Below are positions 38,301 to 53,300 of a stretch of DNA of 64,000 bases, one piece after another. Numbering within the stretch: the first letter of the stretch is position 1; each line of letters starts with the position of its first letter. Source of the DNA: Phoronis australis (taxonomy: Eukaryota > Animalia > Phoronida); the NCBI GenBank assembly GCA_002633005.1, contig NMRA01000295.1, positions 252,240-316,239 of the forward strand, read 5' to 3'. The notes under the pieces are model-generated. The model was not told where the DNA came from. It saw only the letters and a list, made by a program, of their open reading frames with translations, and made no database searches. Made by a program: the position numbers and the translations under genes.

Positions 38301-41300
38301 TGAAAACAATGCCCAGATGTTTGTAATAGCTCACATGCTCGTGTTTTTTCTTAAAAATCTGAAAATTTTCAACAAACAGTTTTGGCATAGAACTTGCAAA
38401 TTCTATTTCNCATTGCACTGTCTGCATCCCCACACCCCTGCCTTACTTTTACAGGTGTACCATCACGGCTCGTCACAGGTGAACTACTGCCGCTGCTATC
38501 CACCCCATTGGATTGAGGGACAGCCTTCTGCGCTGCCTGCCGCGTCAACTCTTTGACCTCTTGAAACTTTTCAACAAACTGCAATATAACAAGTCAAACA
38601 GTTCACAACAGAAGGAGTGATAGACCAAAAAACGAACTTTTAATTATATATCTTTGTAACCCAGGATTGAATTTTTAAAAAAAATACTAAAAGTTTGGCG
38701 ATAAAACTATATCAAGTTTTTAAAATCCTTGACGACCACAATATTTCATTACGTACATGAAAACAATGCCCAGATGTTTGTAATAGCTCACATGCTCGTG
38801 TTTTTTTCTTAAAAATCTGAAAATTTTCAACAAACACAATTTTGGCATAGAACTTGCAAATTCTATTTCTTTATTTTACAAGTTACAAACGAGTGTCTAT
38901 ACAGAATTTTTAACGCCTTTTAGCCCAAGAGCCCAGCTATCAAAATTCAAAACTTCCGTTTTTTAAAGAAATGCTGATATCTTCCTTTTTGACAGAGGAG
39001 TTCTTGAGCCCAAAGGCCCTAAAACAACAAAGTGTGTAGTTTTGTGGGTCTACTATCACTTCATTTTCTAAAGTTATTTAAAAAATTCAATCCTTAGCAA
39101 CTAAACCGTAAAAGTCAACCACGCAAAAATATTAAAAGAACTTTGTAGAGAAATTTGGAAGTTTTCATCCAATAAGCCTGTTTAGTCAAAACATTGTCAC
39201 AGGAAATTTATGTTGAGCATAAAATTTAATCCAACCAGATCGCAGTAAATATTTTTGAAGTAAAAAAGCCCAGTGGAAACAAGATTAACCACAAAAAACA
39301 ATTGGCTCTGATCGGCTTTTGGCTTTTTTTGAAAATTGTGTAGCTGTCCATGTCTCCAAAAGTGCACGAGATGACCAAAAGGGGGCAGGCAGCACTCGTG
39401 GTAGAGACAATGAAAGGCAGTCAATCAATGGTGGCAAATCCTGACGTGATCGTGGTCAGCTTCACAAGCCTGGCATTTAAAAACTTGCTTGCATTCCTGT
39501 GGGTGACTTTGCTAGACTTTGGGTGAAATTGATGCAGCCGGGCGATATTTTCTCCAAGTTGTGAAAGTGCAGGTTTCACGATGAGTAAAGGTACAGATTA
39601 GAACCAAGTATGCTTTTTGGGTCTTACCATTGCAACAAGTGCGGCATACCTTATTCAGATCTACTTCAGCACCAAAGCCCAATCCGTAGACTGTATTGGC
39701 TCGAGGGTCTGACCACTGTCCGAACTTCTGTGATGTTTTTGTGAATGTCATGCTTGGTGTAATGGTGCTGTTGATGACAGCCTGGGGAATTAATACTGAA
39801 TGTTGTAAATGTGTTTCAGGAACATGAGAACTGATGGGAAATGCATTATTTCAGCACCAAACAGGTCGCATTAAGTGCTGCAATACACCAAACTTAAAAA
39901 TAAGAACAAAATTGTTAATTAAGCGACACTAATAAAACCATTCACGTAAACTTGCCATGGAAACCAGAAGTGTAAGACTTGCCTTACTTCATTTTTGTGA
40001 GGACTGCTACCCATTCAACACTTAACTACTGTGGGTGATGGGATGTTCCAAGGTAATAGTCATAACAACTAAACAGCATTCAATATTTAATGCTTTGAAA
40101 ATCAAACTCCAATTCACTTGTACCTCACCTATTTAAACACTGTTTACTAGTTGAGAGCCAAGGCATGTAACCTGCATGCCAGTAAACTTACATTAGGGGC
40201 AGCCTCAGAGGAACTTCAAGGGGCTCATTATCCTATTAACAACTCAAATTCAGTCACAGTGCTTCAGTCAGCCAGACCTTGCAATGCAGAACTAATAATG
40301 ACCCGTACTCCCAGGATTGGCTTGCAAGGTGCTATATTAGTGAGAATGATGTCTCAAGCAACATGTCCATATTGGTCACGTGATTTCAAAAGCAACATGC
40401 AGATATGACCGTCTGCTCCAAGCCCTGGGGTGTGGTGTCTAACAAAATATTTTAGAGAGGACAATATGTTCATCAAAATTTGTAATTCACAATGCGGAAA
40501 TGACAATCTTGAAATGACCTTGCTTATAACATGCAAATGTAAGGTGAAACAGAAGTGGCACCTGTCATCCCATGTTTGTTATTTTTATAGCACCAAATCA
40601 AGAATAACAAAGAGATTAACAAAAACGACCCCTTCTGAAGCCAATACATTTTTACTAACCTTTGACCCCTCTACGCTAATTATCCTGTATGCATTGCGCG
40701 AACTGTCGAAGTAGTACGAGACACTGACGGCAGACGTACTGGCGGGTATCCAGTTCTTCTTGGTGTTGGGGTCAATTTGGAAGACATGAGCCTTCGTGGT
40801 GTAAATGGGCTGCTCTCTGCAAGAGCAAAACATGCAACTTGTAACAATACATGTAACAACAACTTGCACATGGCAGATATTTAGCATCATTTCACCTATT
40901 GTCTCATTTAGGACACAACAAGTCCGACAAGCGATACTTTACCAAAGATGTGTAGCACCAACCTACAGGTTTCCCATATTCAAGCTCTTTGTCATATCTA
41001 CCAACATGTCAATATTTTGAGGAGTCGTGGACCTTCACAACTACATTGGAAGCCCTTAAAAATAAGTAGAAGCTTTTTCAGCAACTACATTTGTCCGAAT
41101 TTGGTGACTTTATTGTACTACAAATGTTTCTTCAGTTAAACAGAATATAGGTCAAGGTCAGTGAATCTTTGTTAGTAGATAAATTTCTCATCAAAGGTAA
41201 ATGGAAACAAAGGTTTTCATCTTTCAAGTAAAAATAGTCACTCCGAGAAAAAAAAGAGCTTTTTTGTTTTGTTGCAGTTGTTACTGATGCTAATTATTAT

Positions 41301-44300
41301 TTTGCATTGAGCGTAGTTTGTAACTTGCCATTCTGGTTTGAGCAGTGAGTTGCAAGATAGACATAAAAAGAAAACCGTGACAATACAATGTGTTTTTCTA
41401 CCTCCGCAAGAAGAGACTGAATTTGGAGTGCGGCAATGCAACACACGTTGCTGAAATATGACAACTCTGTTCTATTCAGAAGGAATTTTACAGTAACAGT
41501 AAATACAAGACATTCTGAAGACAAGACATAATTGTGTCAGTTAATTGCAAAATTATAAAGTATAATAAGCCCTCACTAACTTTGCAAACAATTATGGCGA
41601 TGAATCAAACAGATATAGGTCAAATTTCTCAGCAAAAATATATTTTCAGTCCAGAACTCTCATAATTTGTATAATGCAGATGTCAGAAAACAAAACCTGC
41701 CATGTTAGCTTGAAATATTTGCACCCCTTAGAAAAGACAATTTTTGTAATTACATTTTTTGCACAATTAAAGTGAAGATTTTTTCAGAGTCTATTTTTAA
41801 TCATAGATAACCTCTCTATGATAGCAAGTAGCAGTGTAAGTTAATAAAAACAATAACTTGGACTTTAACCCAGCAACTGGTACCCCACAGGTTGTCATTG
41901 TTAGTCTAGTCCACTGTTACTCTCCTGTAACTGACAGCGTCTGTGTATCATTACATGTTCATGGGCCTAATAACAAGGTGGCCACTGTTTTTTCTTGTTA
42001 GGATGGTGCTTTAATAAACGGCAAAACATGTTAAGTCAATATAAACTCATCGTGGTTTTAATTAAAGATAGATAATTGTTTATTTCATCGTAAGAATATG
42101 AACAAAAAAGAATACAATTACTGCCCGCAAATCGATACCATTATATGCAGGCAGAGTCTAGTTGATTTGGATGACGTAGTGTTCAGCCTCTTCTCGGGTT
42201 CTTCGTTAGCGTCGACTGAATGAAAAAATCCGCGAGGCAGTTGTAATGAACTGGGGAACCTCTTTCTCATCAAGCATCAAGGATATGACCTACCTACTAT
42301 TTACAACACCTTAGGTTCTTGTGAAGTCCAATAGGTGTCTCACCTAGCGACCATATGGCAGGAGAGGGTGGAAAAATTTTCAATAAGTGGATACTGAAGA
42401 AGGACCAGAGAAGGGCGTAAAAGCTATGTCAACCAAGATGACTAGGCTCTGAAAGGATAACTTTTCATCACATACCAAGGGAGTCAAATAATACCTAAGC
42501 ACCCATTGTACAAAGAACTGATGTAACATTGAGGATCCATACAACTTTTCCAGGCTGATGAGTTTTGACCACANGGCATCCACATGGCATCCACATGGCA
42601 TCCCATAATGCATCCACACGGCATCCCATAATGCATTTGAAAATTGGCAGCAGCAGTGGTAATTGAGGATTTAAATTTGAGATGAAATTCCTTGAACTGG
42701 TATGGTTAACAGTGCCTTGTATATAAAAGGTTACAAAACCTACAGGTTCCATTAAAAAATTTATAATAAAAATAAAAAATGAACAAATATATTTTGTAAA
42801 ATGATATAACATGCTATTTTATGCAATATCAAGAGAATTTGAGTCACTCGACAAAGTTTGACATTTACATGCATTAACCTCGCCTAATAGTGGATTAAAT
42901 GCCCCTGACAGCATAGCAATTATATCTCACACATTTTTACCAGGTTTCTATTTCCTCAGCTCGATTTTCACCATATATTAATAAAGCATAAAAAATGGTT
43001 CCACGTGATCAGTGCAATGGGCCCACATGCAAGGCCTGCGCACATCTGGTACAATGTGTATCAGACCACCTGCAATTGTTTTTTTGTTTTTGTTAAGTTT
43101 CCACAAGCTATATAACCAGCATCAAAAGTTTAATGTACCTTGCCATTTTCGTGAGTAGATCGAATTTCTGACAAGAAAAAAATTGCATCAAAGGGACATA
43201 GCATAAGATGAAAAACAACGTAAATTTTGATTTTCCTTCATATTTTAGTGATTGGGAAAGCATGTAGTGAAGTTATAGTAAATAATAAGTAGCAGATATG
43301 ATCAATTATTTTTTTAAATGCTATAACAATTCTTCGGGTATTTAGCACACAATATGGTAGACAACTGAAACTTCATTTCATCAAATTTCTTGACAAAAAT
43401 AAAGATAAGAAAAATCCTAGTCAGTTAATGTTTGTGCTATGAGGTAGACTTCATAACATAAATTAAAAATGATAGTTTTGAAACGATTTTTGTTTCATGC
43501 CAAATAACTAATTATAAATAACATGTGACGTATCAACTGTATGCTCACCATGCTCATCACACTATCTAACACAATGATTAACAAACATTAATGCAATGCA
43601 AACTGTTGTTCAAAAGTGACCCCTGGTGATAACTGGCGAAACTGAATAGTCATATACGCATTTACTATTCAACTGAATAGAGTAATGAAATCAATTCACT
43701 GCATTTTCCATAAATGAACCATAGAAGGCCTGTGAAAACCAATATTTTACGAAAAATATAGCCAAAGACTAGATTTTCCATAAAAATCTGGTATTTAGAA
43801 TGTCAGCCATATTTTCACAAAGTCTACCATACCCAGAGTAATAATCCATATACTGATAGCCAGCACTCGATACAAAGACCAAGCAAATCTTAAATTATTG
43901 TGATCCAACCATTAATACCATTAAAATTCACAAACTGTTACTATCACTGAACTCATCGTGGAACATAAACAATCTGAAAGTTTCTTTGTCCAAACCATCC
44001 TGTAGTACTCACATTCTAATGCCATCACTTTTGTATTAAGCAATTTTCATCATTTACTCGCTATTTTAATAAAAATCTGCATTCCCATGTCCCACTATAA
44101 CGCAATGTAAAAATCACCTTGTTCGCTCTACCAACGCTCAAATATTCATTGATTTCATACAACAATATTTGCCACAATTGTTATTTTTCAATAGCTAATT
44201 ATTAACTTTACTATAAATATCAAAAAAGTTATCGAAAGTTCTTTTTCGACATCTGCACAGAGCAAACTACGTTTGAGATGGACTAAAACGTTCGCAATCT

Positions 44301-47300
44301 TTATTTTTGTAAAAAATGACACAATAGAATTTCCAGGACGCATGTACTATGCATGCACTACGCATGCCATATGCTGTGCATGCCCATCTTAAAACCATCC
44401 ACTTGTACATTTGACGTTTGGTAAAAAGATCTTAATATGAACAAGTACATCAATACAACCATCATACCTTTATAGCATACGGTCATTCCAGGTCATGACA
44501 GTGAGCAAGTTAGGTCACTGGTGCGACAAATAAGTGAAGTTTTTACCCATTAGCTTTAATTTAAAACCTAGAGGTGTCCAAACATCAAATCGCTTAGTGA
44601 TAGGCATGCACCAAGTTGATGTCAAGTGTTGTGAGCTGGATTGTCATTGGCATGTTCACTGCTTTAACTTCATTCAAATGGCCCACATGGAACTATTTCC
44701 ACAGGGGTTGAGAACACAATGGGTGAGATAATGGGCTATCTGGGGGCACCAATAAATGATGGGGGTTAAGGCAGTTTTCATGATGTGAACACTACAGGAA
44801 TTCTACCGTACATTTTTTCACAACAAACTTGCTATACATGATAGACTGTGGGAAAACAACAACTAAAATATTTTATTTTACAAGATGGCCAGCACACATG
44901 AATTTCATTTTTCTAAACACTAAACGGCAGGTGAAACAAACTGATAGTAGTTTAATGAAAAAAAGATCGAGCCATCGATAGCACATCAAAAGCTTCATGG
45001 AGGGCAACATTAAAATCAACACAGTGATGCGGGAAGACACCTAGCATTATAGCTGCACTTGAACTAATGTGGATTTTTAGCGCAAGGCCATGAGACCCCT
45101 GGAGACTGGCTATAAGCTTCGGGAACATAAAGAGATTACCACCATCGCTCAAGAGCTGAGGGAATGATGTCAGTTGAGTGAGCGTGGCATCCACAAGAGA
45201 TTACACTCAAGGATGGAGAGTTGTGAATGTAATGAGAAATGACAGCCAATTAGACAGGTGTTGGTGAGATTGAGGCTTGAACTGCTCTGAGTTTTGATGA
45301 GATGTCTTAAATGCCATATTGGCAAATTGAAAAATAAAACCCTACAACAATAACACCCAAAAACCACAAGCGTGTAAATTCTTAAGTATTTGAGTCTCCA
45401 GGGTGGACTCAAATCATGATTCAGGGATACTTTTGCTCATATAAAGTCAAGTAAATTGTTTTATAATGACAGTTAAAATGACAAAGGTAATAAAAGGGAC
45501 TAGTAGAAAGGTTGGTCATGTTTCCATGAGTCAAATTTTATTACACAGCATGATAGATATGATTAAAAACGTGTGGCAATAAAAAAATGTATTTTTTATT
45601 TCAAAAAGCACATTTCTATGCCTTTTCAGAAAAAAACCTGCTGTCACTGTTCTCAAAAACTTCTTATGGTCTTACTTGAGTCTTCACTTAACAATTACAA
45701 GCATATAGCTTATAGTTTGTTGCATAGATTTTTAGACTTGGTAAATATGAAATATATAGTTGAAAATTCATCTTTACAACTAAGAATAAAGTGGTCATCA
45801 GGCGAATAAGGACCGCTCAGGTATGGTATTTTTAAATTCCTGACTTTTTCATAAAAAAATTTAATTGAGAAAAGTGTTTTTTACTCATCGCTTGGCAAAT
45901 CATGGCATTTGCAAACCTTTGTGTACAGTATAATGTCACAAATTAAGGACATTATTAAATCAAATTCTATTTCCTCCTATTTTCATAAATGGTGCACAGA
46001 ATCAGAACGATGGTTTGGCACATCTAAGTTCCGTACTATAGCTACCAACAGAAAATATTTTTGAAAAATTGTAGGCATTCACAGCTGTGAAATGTTATAA
46101 GCCCTTGAAAACTGAAAAAGCGCAATTTTGGCAATTATTGCACAAGATCGTGGGTTCTAGTCCACTGGGGCACACTGCTAGACCCTTAAGTCAGGTCTCT
46201 AGCTCCTCAGCTTGGTTTTAATTTATAATACAGAACAAAATAGTTCCAGATGATCGGTGCAATGACCTCACCAGGAATTATTTTTTAAAATTATTTTCGT
46301 CCAAAATGGTGACATTTTACCACACTCTTCCTTCTACAGCTTTTTACACGAGACGATGGATGAAACTGATGCGGGCAGGCGTTTGTTAATTATTCACTAA
46401 ATGCAGGTATCAAAATGAGTCAGAGTAGAGATGAGAGCCAACAGTGCTTATTTGACTTAACTACGGCATGGATGTGCGATGGAGTGGGTAAAAATTCTTC
46501 AATACATGGAGGAATAAACTGAAGTGCGAAATTATAAAGTTCTGTTGACGAACACGTTTGAAATTCGCAGTCTTCACGTTAACTTTTGGTCAACTTTCAA
46601 AAAATCAATTCTGCTGAAAATAGAGAGTAAAAAGCTAAAAAATGAAAATTTCCCACTATGAAAACCTAACTTTTCTTTCTCTGTGTGTACAACAGCATCT
46701 TGAGTTTGTTTTTCAGATACTGAGTATCTTTCAGCTTTGAAAAAAGTTCTTTGTGTAGGGATTTAAAAAGTGGGCAAGCTGATTCGGTATCCATAGTAAT
46801 CTTTCGACCTATGCTAAAGTATAGCGAAAGGGAAGGCAGAAAATGACCAAAAATGTTATAATCCATAAAAATTCAAAATTCAGTACTGATAACCACGGTT
46901 ACCATGGCATTGTGTTTTAAATAGCAATGAAGAGAACGGCTGTCCCTCCATACTAAAGACACGTGTGTAATTCTTGGTGACCTGTCTACAGCAGTTAGAA
47001 AAACAATCGGTGGTGGTATCCACTGACAATCACTCTTTTTACTTTGTCTTTTCAAAATTAATAAAAAATAAGATTAAATTCCACCAATTTTAAGACACCG
47101 TGTGGCTGACAAGTGAAATTATCACTTGTTCAATGAAAGCTACGATGCATACAAATAGAGGATAATCAATGTTCAAGTTTTGAAAGATTGTGGCTTTTTA
47201 CAACAACGTTAGAAGCCCTTGAAAAACTGAAAAAAGGTGATTTCTGGCGATTATTTTTGTTCGTAATATTTTACCACAAATGAACAAGTTATTAGACCGA

Positions 47301-50300
47301 AGGTGTTAATCCACTGAGTCACCAGGTGAAATCAAATTTGGTTTGAAGAAATAACATATTTCAAGCTAATTATTATTTACTTAACAACAAGGTGGTTGGT
47401 CCCACATAACTTACAGGCATCCCAATCAATCAGCAATCAATAGAACCTACTGGTATATTCCATGTGTAACATAGTAATACAATACCAGTACTATTAAGTA
47501 CAAGTATTGATTAATCAAACGACGATTACACAACAGGTCTCAGGACTGGGTGTGATAAATGTACACAATACAATAGAGTGTTTTCCACAGGGATTAACAT
47601 TACTGCTTACTTTATAGTTTTAACATAATTACCTAAATCTCCCTGAGACCACAGGTTCTGCTCCACAATTCTCTTCCATGTTACAAATAGGGATGATGTC
47701 ACAGCACACTCAGTCTCGAGACAAATGAAATACCTGGGGCGTTGGGAGGGACCCTGCCCGACTCAGAATTACCATCCCTCAGTAGTTAACAACCTATTTG
47801 TATGTGGACAGGACACAGCGGCCTACCACAGATAATGCTAAGACAAAATGCCCACCTGTGTTGGTGCAGCAACCCAACCTAATCATCAATAGAAGATACC
47901 TATAGGGTTACTTGGAAACAAGTGGAACGAATCGAATAAACCGTATTCTGCAGATTAATGCTTACAGTGGCTTTTTAATAAAGCTGACATTTTTTTATGA
48001 AACTTGTCTGGCTTTGTCGATGTCATGCCGAAAACACAGAAAGAAACAGAGTCTAAGATAAAGAGAACTTAATCACATGAAAATTAGCCATAAATCTGCT
48101 TCGAAATTTCATCAATAATCAACTATAAGAAATTTTGTCAACACTTTTAGAACACTTAGATGCTAGTCTAAATGCCAAGTTCCCTGAATTTTCAACTTTA
48201 CAGTGACATTACTATGACACTTGGTTCAGGCTGTGAACTGTTGAAATCTTCAGAGAAACCAATTAATTTCGTGCTTCATGTAAAAAATGAAAAAAATGGC
48301 TAAGTACCAAGTTGAAGTACGGTAAGACACATTTAAGGTAAATCGCTCAAGTCTCAGAATAATGGCATGATCTTACCGACATGAGCAAGGGAGAAAGTTA
48401 AATAACCATTCCTTCATAACCATGATGATTTCTATCAAATGTTCTGCATACCAAATTCGTTTGAGATATTGACAAACCTTCAGTGTATCATGTCAGGGCC
48501 CTCAATCCCTCCATTTTGGGGCCGAATTTCGGCCTCATTTCCCTCTGAAAAATATTGAAAAATCACGCGAAATTCCCTCATGAGGCCCAAAAATTCCGCT
48601 CAAGTGATTGAAAAATTCCCTCGAGATTCGAAATACTTGTAACTCACACAAGTGACAATTTGAAACAGTGCAAAATGTTACATTAAGCTACTTGATGCAG
48701 AGCCTATGAGGGCTCCCAACAGGGTGGAGGGTGCTTTTGATATTGATCAGAAGGTAGAATTTTCCCCACACCCCAAAAAAGTCGCCTCTCAAGACTCAAG
48801 CACCTTTCCCTTCAGATGAACGAGGGTCTTACATGCCATAGGTCAAATAAAAATAACGAGCACCTGCTAACACAATCTTAACTTCGGGTAAACCGGCACA
48901 AAAGATCCACAAGCAGAAATGAATGTTTACATATAATTTCTAGCAATAACAAATAATCCCCGAGATCTCACACATTAAAGTTCTGCCCACATATAAAGCT
49001 GCAGTTTAGCTGCCAATATGTTGAATTCTTAATTGAACTGCCCTGAGGCTTAAAAACACTACCATATCAATTCTATCTTGAGCTGCTGCCAAATGAACTC
49101 ACAACAATCCCAGGTAGTGCATACACGCGCCATTTTCGAATACTAAATGGGATGGTCAACCCCAATAACCTTAAGTGTTTTTGATGTTCTTGCTTGCAAC
49201 GGAAGTAGAATCCTATGAGGGAAAGGAATATTACGAGACCGAGTTTATGAGATTAAAAAGCCTAATAAACTCGATTATCATTTTTAGCCAGCTCAATGAG
49301 GCAAAATGGATCTTTAAATTTCCCTCGAGCCCAAACTACAAAGTGACAAAGCTGCACACTTACTGAGGTTGTTGCATTCTCTCCAAGCTTGCGGCACACA
49401 AATGAATTACCATCCACAAATACCAGCACACACTCACTAAATGGAAGTGGCAGCAAGATCAATAGCTGGACAAGTCTTCTGTACGTGCCACTCCACCTAT
49501 TGGGCTTGACGGAAACTAATGCCACATGTTGAACTTTTCAAAAATATCACTGAATCTGATTACATTTCATTTAAAGTTTCGTCACTTTTAGAAAAGTTCA
49601 AACAAAATGTAAGTGGATCTGATGTTACATAAAAACTGAAATACATACAGTTACCCTTATTACAGTTCAATTTTTTGTTAACCACAGTAGGGGACATTTT
49701 GAAGTTGCATATTGCCACAGTCTAGCTATCAAAGGCAAGTTGTCACCCACAGCATCTGTTTGAACCAGTAAATACTAGTAACTTAAAGGACTGTGTAAGT
49801 CAGACCAGAATTTTTATCTCTGCCAGACCTCCAGTACTTGGGACCAACAATGAATTATATTGATCGAAACTAATCTACGCGAGCCATGTGTTCCAAATTT
49901 TGACTAGTTGTTTCTCTTAAAATAATCCAGATTGAAAACTAGGAAACTGAATGTTGGCATTTCAGACACAAGAAAGCTAAGTTGTATTGCACCCTGGTGA
50001 CACAATGAATGAATGCTACATGTTTTACTGTTTGTTCGTTAGTTTCAACAAGATCCGACTAATAACACCAGCGCCACCTGTTGTCGTGGATCAGTATACT
50101 ACAACCAACACGTAGCACTACGTAATGCTTACCGAATTTTTTTGTTCTGCGTTGACTTTCTCCACATTTTATGAATATAACAGTTCATAAATTAATTTTT
50201 CAATTTCTACCACCACATCCTAAGTTGGCATAATCTTGATACATGAATGACTTAACTTGGAACTTGCCCTCTAGATTCCAACTTATGCCATACTAAACTC

Positions 50301-53300
50301 ACACCCATTAAAGTGTACCATTCAAAATAGTTCATGTGTCACTGCCTCAATTTTCATCCGAGAAAGTCAACTAAGATAAATGACATGCAAGTTTGTACAG
50401 GGACCAGAATTTAAGCAACACACCTGAGTCACCTGGACCGGTCTTTCAAAAACCCAGTGGAATCACAGTCTGTGACTGTTAACCAAAATGTTTTGGTATT
50501 TAAAACATTACCAATCCTCATCTGATCTTAAATTACGGACAAATGAGCTGGCAATTCAAGTCAAATGCAAATACGCGGCCAGTTTCGAATTTGCAATTTT
50601 AGAGTTGGTCAACTACAATAAAATCTGAAGAGTGTTCTGGAGTAGCTGGTGATTAATGATTTTGGGGATAACCATGACAGAGTCCTATGATGGTAACGAA
50701 TGTTACGAGACGAGACAGATACAAGAGGAAACGTCCTGTAAACCAAATCCAAATGCAGCTTTCAAATAACACTTAAACACTGTCATCAAACCTGTTTAAA
50801 ATACAGGATGCCAGATATTTATGAGCGGTTACGGTAATTAAAGTGAATATCATGATAGGCCAAATATAATTTTAACATTTAATGGAATTTCATTGTAAAA
50901 CTTCATCTATCTACAAAAGGGCATGTCAAGCCATGTATGACACAATTCTTTACACATGATAAAAAATGGAAAGTGTGCATACACGATTTATTATTCATTT
51001 ATTTATTGTAATATTTAAATTTATTGAGGGTGGCCTCCTCGGTGACCATATGATCAATTTCAAAGTAGGTAAGACATTACGTAATCTTTTGACCGTAATA
51101 TTGTGAATTTTGCAGGCACAAATGGACTAGGTTACTAATCAGCCATTCCCCAGTATTGGCATTTATGTCAGTTATATAGACTAATAATCGAGTAATTTTC
51201 TTGCAGCAAGGATGATCAAATCTCCTGGCAGCTAAAAAGACATTATAGTCAGAGACAACTGAATGGCAATGGGTGATCAGTTTCAAACGAAAATACCAGC
51301 AACATCCTTGCTACCCCAGTTTTAGAGCTGAACATCTGCCAATTCCTAGGAACAACTATTTTAAGAATCACATGAAATTCTTATTATCAGGTGCTAAAAT
51401 AGCGACAAGCTATATGTCACAGGGATTGCTTAAGGCTATTTGTATTTGAGTACTAAAACCATTCAAATTTGATTTTAAGGGATCTTGGCTTGCCTGAAAT
51501 GTCTTGAAATGTGAAAAGTAGGAATTGACCTGGTGAGGTCTAGCAAGCTAATCTCAACGGGTGAAATAGCAGAAAAATGAATTGTTGCTCGTGGCACATT
51601 GTATGCAAATTAAAAAGCAATTGTCTGATATATCAATCTTCATTAACTTAATAACAACAATGGTCATAAATTTGTTTAAATTCTTTCAAAACATAATATT
51701 TAAAGGTCATAGCTTCCATGCCTTTTTTACACGACCAATGCCAGTGCCATGAACAGGGCTCGACATAACGAGCTGCAGGTCGCATTTGCGACCTGAAATT
51801 TGGAAATGCGAGCTGAGATTTTTGTCAGCTCGTATCAAGTCACTAAATGCGACCTGGAATTTCCAACGTATGCAAGCTGAGTTTTTACACTTTTCAGCAG
51901 AAACCTGGCAAATATAAAGCAACTCTTGTTAATCCGACCGTTATCTGGTCGTTGCCAAATCCAAGTTCAAAAGAACGCCAACCAAGAACAGCCCTCCCGA
52001 TGACTTGTACATGTAAGCAAGTCGCGTGAACACGGGATATGCAGAATCGATCTTTGACGCGTTTCACTGGCTAACACTTTCGACCACATTTGCAAGTTTT
52101 CGGATTTGGGCCGGAAAGTTTTGGGCCACTACATAACACGTGATTGAAACGGCGGTGTTTCTACTAATTCTTAAGCGATCAACTTATCAAACTTTGTGGT
52201 GGACAAATATGTTTATTTGATGACAGCCAGTAGCAGGTCAGACCTAGCAAAATCACGGATACTTTTTCAACGGGCATTTTTTCTCTTTTCACTTCGCAAA
52301 CGTAGCTACTCGAATGCACGTGTCAGTTAGGGAGCACTGATTCAACTTTCACTTGCCTTGCGTTTTAGGGCCTTTCAATGGCAGTCGTGAAGAACAGTAA
52401 TACCGTACCTGCATGAACGAACTCAGTTTTGCGATCTGAAATTTGTCAGTATTTAACGCTGCAGATAAGAGCATAATCTAAACATTTTCTCGGTGATCTA
52501 AAAAATCAATTTTGGAGCGTAAAAATGGCGGGAAATTTTTGCGACCTGGCATTTATGAATGCGAGCTGGATTTTGAAAATGCGACCTGGGATTTTGGCTA
52601 GGTCGCAAAATGCGACCTGGCGATTTGAATAGCGTCGAGCCTTGATGAATACACTTTGTCACGAGTGATACATGAGGTGTGTTGTGAAGCAGTGCCAATG
52701 GGTGATACATATGAAGTGTGTTGTGAAGCCGGGACCACTTATTGAGTGTCGTCTATATAAGTTTGGCACAGCAAATAAATCTACAAAAAACAACAATGTT
52801 CTGAAATCAAAAACGAGCCTGTAGATTGAAAGACTTTAAGAGGGATTTTTGGCATGCCAATTAGTAATATTTTGATGGACAGTTGTTAACAGTTACAGTA
52901 ACATGTCGACAATTTCACACAAAAATCCTCTCAAAAAATGAAAAAAATTTCAAATTCATCTAACATTGCTGTGAGTGACCAGTTTTTGTAAAATTTTTGT
53001 TCACTGGTAGCTGTGGTGCAAAGCATAAACACGAAAAACCATTTAATTTGGTGATACAAAAGATCATGCAAAAGATGATAAAATTCTTTTAATGTGGGCC
53101 ATATTCTCACTGTCCTAAATTGGCGAGATTTTACCTTAGAAGTGCCATCAACCGAATGTATTTAGCCAACATGTCAAAGATGTCGTGCACAGGACGGTAC
53201 ATGATTTCCAGTTGTGTTGACGGTAGAATAAAGGCCTCTCTAAATCACCTGCCAGCACGCAATTGCTTTTTAACTTTTCGCACTGAATGCTTTAAGCCGT

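Noticed and set aside
37955-38869. Tandem duplication of Homer exon 4 (possible mutually exclusive exons)
   Set aside because: The two ~455-bp copies abut a single N, the exons are identical, and the introns differ only by a few SNPs/indels. This is typical of unmerged heterozygous contig ends; read depth or long reads would settle it.
43545-48382. Further ATG+donor units in Homer intron 1 (ATG|GTGAGC near 43550; ATGTCG|GTAAGA at 48382-48377)
   Set aside because: Phase 0, so out of frame with exon 2. They show that chance hits occur in this intron.
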